Assembly (NCBI GenBank): GCA_963705505.1
Contig: CAVPJU010000010.1
Coordinates: 32,001 to 96,000 of the forward strand
DNA: 64,000 nt
Direction: 5' to 3'
Origin: an uncultured bacterium
GTDB taxonomy: Bacteria; Desulfobacterota_D; UBA1144; Nemesobacterales; UBA2774
This document shows, piece by piece, positions 57,479 through 64,000 of the stretch. The notes beneath the pieces are model-generated. The model was not told where the DNA came from, made no database searches, and saw only the letters and a program-made list of their open reading frames with translations. Positions within the stretch are counted from its first letter, which is position 1. The number at the start of each line of letters is the position of its first letter. A program made the translations under genes and the position numbers.

Positions 57479-58297
57479 ATGCTTGATATGACGAGATTCC
57501 TGCCGGATTTGAAGCGGTTTGTCCTTTTAATCGCTGTCGTTGCGGCACCATTTCTATTATCGTCCGGGCCGGGCTTAAACGCGTACGCTCAGGACGGCGG
57601 TACTCAGGCCGCGCCTATAAAACCCGTGATAGACCCGGTCGCAGACAAGCTGCTGAAGTCTATGGGGGCTACGCTCTCTTCCGCCAAGGCTTTCACTTTC
57701 AGGGCCGATATAAACTTCGACCAGCTCCTTGTTTCCGGGCAGCAGATTCAATACGGAGGGACGGCGAACCTGACGGTCGAGAGGCCCAACAAGGTTTATG
57801 TTGAGTTCACGGGGGACCTGGACGGAAAAAGAATATGGTATACGGGTAAGGACGTTACAGTGCTCGACGTGAATAAGAATTTTTACGGCAAGCTGGCCGT
57901 ACCCGCAACTATTGATGAAGCCATGGATAACCTTATGGATCAATACGGGTTCACCCTCCCGCTTTCCGACGTAATGGTGAGCGACCCGTATAAGGCGTTT
58001 ATCAGAAACGTCGCCGCGGGCGTAGTCATCGGGGACAGCATGATAAACGGTCAGCAGTGCAAGCACCTGGCTTTCGTCGAGAAGTATATAGATTGGCAGA
58101 TATGGATTTCAGACGGGGCGCAGGCGCTTCCCTGCAAGCTGGTCATAACGTACAAGACCATACCGGGCGGGCCTCAATATTCGGCGGTATTTTCCAACTG
58201 GGCGATCAACCCGGCTATAAACGCGTCGGTATTCACGCCTGTGCTGCCTGAAGGGGCAGAACGGATAGAGTTTATAAAAATGGGTAATCAACAATAA
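57479..58297 (+). CDS. DUF2092 family periplasmic protein
   Basis: Signal peptide; A..LL..M...L, RP.K, P..ID, LP.SD, C.HLAF....DWQIWI, P.KLVIT.K...G.PQY. Confidence 0.8.
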   Translation: MLDMTRFLPDLKRFVLLIAVVAAPFLLSSGPGLNAYAQDGGTQAAPIKPVIDPVADKLLKSMGATLSSAKAFTFRADINFDQLLVSGQQIQYGGTANLTVERPNKVYVEFTGDLDGKRIWYTGKDVTVLDVNKNFYGKLAVPATIDEAMDNLMDQYGFTLPLSDVMVSDPYKAFIRNVAAGVVIGDSMINGQQCKHLAFVEKYIDWQIWISDGAQALPCKLVITYKTIPGGPQYSAVFSNWAINPAINASVFTPVLPEGAERIEFIKMGNQQ

Positions 58298-58310
58298 TCC
58301 GGGGGCTGAT

Positions 58311-59408
58311 ATGAGAAACCTGAGACAAATGATAAATAGAACGACTATAGCTGCTGCCGTATTCGCGTTCGCAGCATCGGGGGTATTAATGACGGGAGAC
58401 GCCTATTCCCGGGGCGGGTTCGGAGGAGGAGGGTTCGGAGGCGGTTACAGGGGCGCGGATTTCGGCTCAGGAATGGGCGACAGGGGCTTCGGAAACGTCA
58501 GGTATTCGGGGAACAGCATGGGTGACATGTCCGGCTACAAGGGCTTTCAGGGGGATAATTTCGGAAGCAAACAGTCCTTCCAGAACTCCGATTTCAGTCA
58601 GGACAAGAGCGACTTCGGCGGGGATCAGGACTCATTCTCGGGCCGCCAGTCCGAGTCCCAGGACAATACGGGCATGACCCAACGCCAGGCCACGAGCCAG
58701 AACCGCGCCATAGAATCCGATAACGGGCAGAATACCAGCAAAACGACCAACGGCACGACGACTAACGGCAAGACCAACAGCAGCACGAACAGCAACAGCA
58801 CGAACAAAAATAACACCAACAACACCAATAACAGCAACAATTCCAACAACAAGAATAACAACAACAATAACAACAATAATAATAATAATAACACCTACAA
58901 CACCTACAACAATTACAACAACTACAATCACTATTGGGGCGGATACTGGGGCTCATGGGGCGGTTATTACGGCGGGTGGGCTTTCGCGGGCGGCCTGGCC
59001 ATGGGAGCCGCAATAGCGAGTATCCCGGCAAGCTCCTCCACTGTCTATGTATCGGGAAATCCGTTCTATTATTCGGACGGCGTGTACTACGCTCCTCAGG
59101 GCAGCCAGTACATAGTCGTTCCGCCTCCGCCGGGCGCAGTCGTCGATACGCTCCCACCGTCATGCGACACCGTATATGCAGGTGATGATTCGTATTTTGA
59201 CTGCGGGGGCGCGTTCTATTCGTCTGCGGACGCGGGGTTTCAGGTCGTACAGCCCCCTGTGGGCGCGACAGTGGACTCTCTCCCCCAGGGAGCGCAGCGG
59301 AAAACAATAAACGGGACGACTTACTATCTCTTCGGCGCCGCGTATTACCAGCCGTTTTACAGCGGGAGCAGCGTGATATACCAGGTAGTCCCCGATCCGA
59401 CTGCTTAA
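58311..59408 (+). CDS. Secreted low-complexity Gly/Asn-rich protein with DUF6515-like Tyr/Pro-rich repeats
   Basis: Signal peptide, GGFGG repeats, Asn-rich tract, three repeats of LP.....V....YY...G.YY.......Y.VV..P. Confidence 0.7.
   Translation: MRNLRQMINRTTIAAAVFAFAASGVLMTGDAYSRGGFGGGGFGGGYRGADFGSGMGDRGFGNVRYSGNSMGDMSGYKGFQGDNFGSKQSFQNSDFSQDKSDFGGDQDSFSGRQSESQDNTGMTQRQATSQNRAIESDNGQNTSKTTNGTTTNGKTNSSTNSNSTNKNNTNNTNNSNNSNNKNNNNNNNNNNNNNTYNTYNNYNNYNHYWGGYWGSWGGYYGGWAFAGGLAMGAAIASIPASSSTVYVSGNPFYYSDGVYYAPQGSQYIVVPPPPGAVVDTLPPSCDTVYAGDDSYFDCGGAFYSSADAGFQVVQPPVGATVDSLPQGAQRKTINGTTYYLFGAAYYQPFYSGSSVIYQVVPDPTA
58790..58930 (+). repeat. AAC/AAT trinucleotide low-complexity tract (13 consecutive Asn codons at 58854-58892)
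   Basis: Read directly from the sequence. Confidence 0.9.
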
Positions 59409-59444
59409 GCGACCCGACAGGGGACTCATCAGGGCTTTACGGCT

Positions 59445-62114
59445 TCAGAGCCTTTTCAGGGACGTGTATAACTGTCCTGCAGCCAGAGGCAGCAGGCTCA
59501 TGATTGCTATGAGCGTCCAGCCGCCGCGGCCGGGATCGACGACCCCCAGCACATTCGCGACTGGTTCTATATAGACCGCGGCCAGGATTATCAGCGTGCA
59601 GAGAGCTATGGCTCCCCAAACGTATACGTTGCGTGTCACCTCGTTCTTCAACATCCCCGACCTGGCGCCGCGCATGTTGAATACGTGCAGGATCTGAGCG
59701 AAAGCCAGAGTGAGGAACGAGACCGAGACGGCCCTTTTGTCCCCGAATCCGAGTTTATACATAGCCAGGAGTAACGCACCGAGCACGGCTGCGGTGATGA
59801 CCGTGCCGTAACCCGCTATACCGAGCCAGCTCCTCTGCGTTATGATGTGCTCTTTCGGGTCTCTCGGCGGGGAACGCATGACCCTTTCGTCACCTTCGCC
59901 CATCCCGAGGGCGAGCGCCGGGAATACGTCCGTCACGAGGTTAAGGAATAGTATCTGGAGGGGCATGAGCGGAAGGGGGATATGGACGAAGGAAGCGATA
60001 GTCACGACCATGATTTCGCTCACGTTGCATGAAAGGAGGTAGAATATGAACTTCCTTATGTTCCCGAATATAATCCTTCCCTGCTCCACGGCGTGGACTA
60101 TGGTCGAAAAAGAGTCGTCCTTGAGAACTATATCGGCTGCCTCCTTAGCCACCTGAGTCCCCCGCTTCCCCATCGCGATGCCTATGTCCGCCTGCTTGAG
60201 CGCCGGAGCGTCGTTAACGCCGTCCCCGGTCATCGCGACTACGAACCCCTCTTCCTGATAGAATTTAACGAGCGCGAGCTTCTGCTCCGGGCTTACGCGC
60301 GCTAATATCAGCGACTCGGCTACGCTTATTTTAAATTCCTCGGGCAGCTCTTCGATCGCTTTCAGGTCTTTACCGTGAATTACGGGTTCGTCTGCCCTGT
60401 CCGTCAGTCCGACCGCGAGAGCGATATTCCTTGCTGTCGAGGGGTGGTCGCCCGTTACCATTACGACCTTTATCCCGGCCTCTAGACACTTCCCGATGGC
60501 CTCTCTTATCCCCGGTCTGGGAGGGTCGAGGAGGCATACGAGCCCCAGGAACGTGAGGTTCCTATACGGTCTCGATTCGGGGTCAGTCACGGTTTTTTCG
60601 GCGTGAGCGATTACCCTGTATCCCCGGGAGGCGAGCTCTTCGTTCTTTTCGTGCCAGTATCCTTTCATTTCTTCGGACAGGTCTGTGATCCCCGCGGGCG
60701 TGAGTACGTGGTCGGAGCAGGCAAGAACAGCGTCGGGCGCGCCCTTAACGGCCACCCTGTATTTCCCGTCCGACTTGTGGAAGGTCGCCATCATGTTCAC
60801 GAGATTGTCAAACGCCTCGACTCCCGTTTCGGGATACCGCGATATGAGCTCGCCCCTCTCGATCCCGACCCGCGCCCCGGCGTGGAGCAGGGCGATCTCA
60901 AGCGGGTCGCCTATGTTTTCCCCGCCCGCCGCTCCCTTCTTTCCGAGCGCGGCCCTGTTGCACAGGACCCCTGTCTCAATGACCTTTATCGCGGCTTCAT
61001 CGGTAACCGGCCGGGCCATTTCGCCGTTTATGAGGGTCCCTCCGGCATCGTCCTCAAACCCGAGTGTCCCGCCGTCCGTAACGATTAACTCGACGGTCAT
61101 TCTGTTTTCCGTGAGCGTCCCCGTCTTGTCCGTGCAGATGACGTTGGTCGAGCCCAGGGTCTCGACGGCGCTCAGGCGGTTAACGAGCGCGTTCCTCGCG
61201 GCCATTCTGAGCATACCCCTCGCGAGCGCGATAGTGGCGACTACAGGCAGCCCTTCCGGGATGGCGGCAACTGCGAGCGCAATTCCTGTTTTGGCCATGA
61301 GCAGCAGCTCCCGGCCCGTGAGAGCCCCCGCAACGACGACTGCCGATGCGAGCATGAGCGTCACCCATATGAGCCTGTTCCCGAGTCTGTCGAGGCTCTT
61401 CTCGAGAGGGGTTTGTTCCTGTTTCGCGCTTTCGGTGAGAACACTAATCCGTCCCAGCTCGGTATTTAGTCCGGTCGAGGTTACGACACCTTCACCCGAG
61501 CCCTTCGTGAGCGCGGTCCCCATGAAAACCATATTGCTGCGCTCGGCGAGCGTGGTTTCCCCGTTTATCACTCCCGTATTTTTTCTGACCGGAGCCGATT
61601 CCCCCGTGAGCGTCGATTCGTTTGATTCCATTCTCGAGGCCTCTAAGAGCCTCAAGTCCGCGGGGACCATGTCGCCGGCTTCGAGTATTACAATATCCCC
61701 GGGCACTAGCTCCTCGGCGTGGACGACAGAAATAGTCCCGCCCCGCTTGACCTTCGCCTCTATGCGGACGAGATTGTAGAGCGCTTCCATCGACCTCACG
61801 GCCCTTATCTCGGTGAAAAACCCTATAGCCGAGTTTAAGAGTATGACGATTATTACCGCGACGCCTTCGGCCCAGTCGCCGAATGTAAAGGAGAGGAGCG
61901 CTGCGCCTATGAGGAGCAGCACGATGAGGCTCCTGAACTGGCTCACGAGTATGGAGAGGGCGCTCGCCGGCTTCGATTCGACGAGGCGGTTCTGCCCGTA
62001 CTTTCTTAAACGAGCGAGGGCTTCTGAGCCCGTGAGTCCTTCTTCCGGAGAGACTCCGAGCCCGGTTAGCACATCTTCCTCTGAAATGTTGCAGGGATTT
62101 TTTATGACGGTCAT
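59445..62114 (-). CDS. Cation-transporting P-type ATPase (type II, Ca2+/CtpF-like)
   Basis: LTGES, IPEGL, DKTGTLT, KGAP, TGD, GDGVNDAPAL. Confidence 0.93.
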   Translation of the reverse strand: MTVIKNPCNISEEDVLTGLGVSPEEGLTGSEALARLRKYGQNRLVESKPASALSILVSQFRSLIVLLLIGAALLSFTFGDWAEGVAVIIVILLNSAIGFFTEIRAVRSMEALYNLVRIEAKVKRGGTISVVHAEELVPGDIVILEAGDMVPADLRLLEASRMESNESTLTGESAPVRKNTGVINGETTLAERSNMVFMGTALTKGSGEGVVTSTGLNTELGRISVLTESAKQEQTPLEKSLDRLGNRLIWVTLMLASAVVVAGALTGRELLLMAKTGIALAVAAIPEGLPVVATIALARGMLRMAARNALVNRLSAVETLGSTNVICTDKTGTLTENRMTVELIVTDGGTLGFEDDAGGTLINGEMARPVTDEAAIKVIETGVLCNRAALGKKGAAGGENIGDPLEIALLHAGARVGIERGELISRYPETGVEAFDNLVNMMATFHKSDGKYRVAVKGAPDAVLACSDHVLTPAGITDLSEEMKGYWHEKNEELASRGYRVIAHAEKTVTDPESRPYRNLTFLGLVCLLDPPRPGIREAIGKCLEAGIKVVMVTGDHPSTARNIALAVGLTDRADEPVIHGKDLKAIEELPEEFKISVAESLILARVSPEQKLALVKFYQEEGFVVAMTGDGVNDAPALKQADIGIAMGKRGTQVAKEAADIVLKDDSFSTIVHAVEQGRIIFGNIRKFIFYLLSCNVSEIMVVTIASFVHIPLPLMPLQILFLNLVTDVFPALALGMGEGDERVMRSPPRDPKEHIITQRSWLGIAGYGTVITAAVLGALLLAMYKLGFGDKRAVSVSFLTLAFAQILHVFNMRGARSGMLKNEVTRNVYVWGAIALCTLIILAAVYIEPVANVLGVVDPGRGGWTLIAIMSLLPLAAGQLYTSLKRL

Positions 62115-62150
62115 ATCGATACCGGTTTCAGATTGATCGGAACTATACGA

Positions 62151-63761
62151 TTATACAGTTTTGCCGGGCGCTGCCCCCGCGGCGATGATCCGCGCGAGTA
62201 ATGTATTAAGCACTTCTCGCCCGGGCCTGTTTGTATCAATTTCAAAATAGAAGCGGGCATTAATCTCATCGGGCTCTTCCCATTCCGATATGAATTTGTC
62301 CAGTATCGAGGCCCTGGCGTCAGACACCGATGTCCCTTCCTTCTCCCTTTTGAGGAGCCTCTCTTCGATTACGCTTACAGGGGCGGCAGTCTCAATAAAA
62401 TAAACGTTCACCCCCCTCCGCTCCGCCTCACGCGAGAGGATGTCCCTCCGTTTGCGCTTGGAAAAGCTCGCGTCGAGTATGACGGTGCCGCTTACCTCGC
62501 TCTCGTTAAGTGCGCGTGATATTATCTCCCCGTAAGTCCTCTCCGTTATATCCCCCGTATATATGCCGCCTCCCCATTCCTCGTATCGCCTTTCGCCGGG
62601 CCGTGTGCCCGTGATCTCCTTTCTCACCGGGTCGGAGGATACGATCCGGCATGAAAGCTCCTCCCCCAGCATGGCCGCGAGCGTCGATTTCCCCGTACCT
62701 ATGACGCCGAAAGTGACTATAACCGCCGGGGCTGAGCCGAAGAGGGCGTACCTGAGCGCGAGCCTGAAATACCTTTTAGCCCGCTCCAGGGACATTTTCT
62801 TTTCGTCATCAGGCACTTCGGGCTCAAATGCCCTTATGCTCTCGACCTTCCCCCTTACGAAAGCCCTGTAGCATTTATAAAAGTCCATTACGTCATAGAT
62901 GCCCGTATCGTTCATCGCCGCCGAGATTTCATTGACTATAAAACGCGAGAGCCCGCAGTACCCGTTATAGTCGAGGTCCATGGCGAGGAACGCCACATCC
63001 GAAGCGGTGTCTATGTACCTGAACCTCTCGTTGAACTCTATGCAGTCGTAAATGCATATATCGTCCGTGCCTATGTTTATATGGTCGAGGTGGAGGTCGC
63101 CGTGGCAGTCCTTTATGAAGCCGCCTTCCATGCGCTTAAGAAATATTTCACGCTTATTCTCGAAGAAGAGTTCGTTGTAATACTTTATTGCGTCGTATGC
63201 GGTTTTGGAGATCGTCTTATCCGTGAATTTCGCTGAGAGCGCAAGGTTCTCGTCTATGTTCACCCTTACCCTCTCGGGGCGTCCGTACACGAGGACTTCC
63301 TCCTGCCGGGGCTGCCCGTTATAAAATTCCACGAGCTTCCGCGCGAGCCTTCTTAAGTCCTCTTCTCCGGCTTTACCTTTCCGCAGCAGGTTCATGAGGA
63401 ATTTCTGCTCCGGGAGCTTCCTCATCTTGACGGCGTATTCGACGGCGTCTCCCGGCCCGCCGATCGAGAACAGCCCGTCTTTGAGCGTTATTTCCTCGAC
63501 GCCCAGGTATACGCCCCCGCAGAGCCTCCTGTTGAGCCCGACCTCCAGTGTGCAGAAATGCCTCCTCTTTTCGAGAGTGCTGAAGTCGAGAAAACCGAAG
63601 TCAACCGGTTTTTTCACCTTGTAGACATATGGCGGGACGATGAAAACGTCAGACGCGTGTGTCTGGACGTGGCGGACCCTCGAGGGTCTGTGAGGGTACG
63701 ACGAGGGTTCGAGAAGAAAATCTATTAAGTCCTGCCTTCTGTAGCTTTCACATTTAGGCAT
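62151..63761 (-). CDS. Aminoglycoside-phosphotransferase-like + AAA_33 kinase fusion (Rv2004c-like)
   Basis: QTHAS, YK.KKPV.FGFLDFSTL, HGDLHL, DCIEFN, then G..GTGKST, SD..RK, SDA. Confidence 0.88.
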   Translation of the reverse strand: MPKCESYRRQDLIDFLLEPSSYPHRPSRVRHVQTHASDVFIVPPYVYKVKKPVDFGFLDFSTLEKRRHFCTLEVGLNRRLCGGVYLGVEEITLKDGLFSIGGPGDAVEYAVKMRKLPEQKFLMNLLRKGKAGEEDLRRLARKLVEFYNGQPRQEEVLVYGRPERVRVNIDENLALSAKFTDKTISKTAYDAIKYYNELFFENKREIFLKRMEGGFIKDCHGDLHLDHINIGTDDICIYDCIEFNERFRYIDTASDVAFLAMDLDYNGYCGLSRFIVNEISAAMNDTGIYDVMDFYKCYRAFVRGKVESIRAFEPEVPDDEKKMSLERAKRYFRLALRYALFGSAPAVIVTFGVIGTGKSTLAAMLGEELSCRIVSSDPVRKEITGTRPGERRYEEWGGGIYTGDITERTYGEIISRALNESEVSGTVILDASFSKRKRRDILSREAERRGVNVYFIETAAPVSVIEERLLKREKEGTSVSDARASILDKFISEWEEPDEINARFYFEIDTNRPGREVLNTLLARIIAAGAAPGKTV

Positions 63762-63782
63762 CGGTTCCCGCGGAGGACTTTA

Positions 63783-64000
63783 TTACGGCCTTAAGGACAG
63801 GACCGAGCAGGGAGATTCGGGGATCACCCTTTCCGTGACGCTTCCCAGTATGAGCCTCTTTAAACCCGTCCTCGCGTGCGTGTTGATCACTATGAGGTCT
63901 ATATTGTTTTTCGACGCATAATTAGCGATCGATATGGCGGGGCTGAGACCGTGAATGACTTTAGTCGTTATTTCGTTTTTGACCGCCGTACCGCGCGTGG
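63783..64000 (-). CDS. Universal stress protein, C-terminal part (runs off the window)
   Basis: Translated by hand: ...IDLIVINTHARTGLKRLILGSVTERVIPESPCSVLSLRP*. Confidence 0.85.
   Translation of the reverse strand, partial: TRGTAVKNEITTKVIHGLSPAISIANYASKNNIDLIVINTHARTGLKRLILGSVTERVIPESPCSVLSLRP

Noticed and set aside
58790..58930. CRISPR array or non-coding tandem repeat
   Set aside because: It is an in-frame coding low-complexity tract with no repeat-spacer structure; no cas genes are present.
60685..61779. Long antisense ORFs (e.g. 60685-61779, 52751-53782, 29700-30488)
   Set aside because: These are shadow ORFs opposite well-supported genes, expected with this GC content and codon bias.
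62151..63761. Aminoglycoside resistance gene
   Set aside because: The APH-like fold is fused to AAA_33 in a USP context (Rv2004c-like), which is not evidence of resistance.

Overview
Bacterial chromosomal window with about 60 CDS; no rRNA, tRNA, CRISPR array or transposase was seen. Heavy ATA/AGG codon use and the gene content suggest a Desulfobacterota/Dadabacteria-like organism (inference only). Layout: (1) 1-8.5 kb is a compositionally distinct block containing a tandem Cache-domain protein and a pgm-glgP-xfp glycogen-to-acetyl-phosphate cassette. The cassette is bracketed by a 33-bp direct repeat (30/33 identical) that duplicates the 5' end of a radical SAM gene, like an att site. (2) 8.5-34.7 kb holds housekeeping and surface-glycan genes, an unusual J-domain/TM/LysM/NTF2-like protein, a divergent sigma70, and a stand-alone sigma54-driven orphan small gene. 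(3) 34.8-43.3 kb is a variant cytochrome c maturation cluster (CxxxY-type CcmE, a CcmD-like tail fused to a lipoprotein, and a cytochrome c-containing accessory protein). (4) 48.3-56.4 kb is a clade II nitrous-oxide reductase operon (cyt c, nosZ, an uncharacterised secreted helical protein, nosB-D-F-Y-L, TetR) with candidate TetR and FNR-type sites upstream. (5) 56.5-64 kb holds CBS, USP, P-type ATPase and Rv2004c-like stress genes plus a secreted Asn-rich protein. Three single-base frameshifts, one of them in nosZ, all fall in or just after signal peptides and may be sequencing errors.
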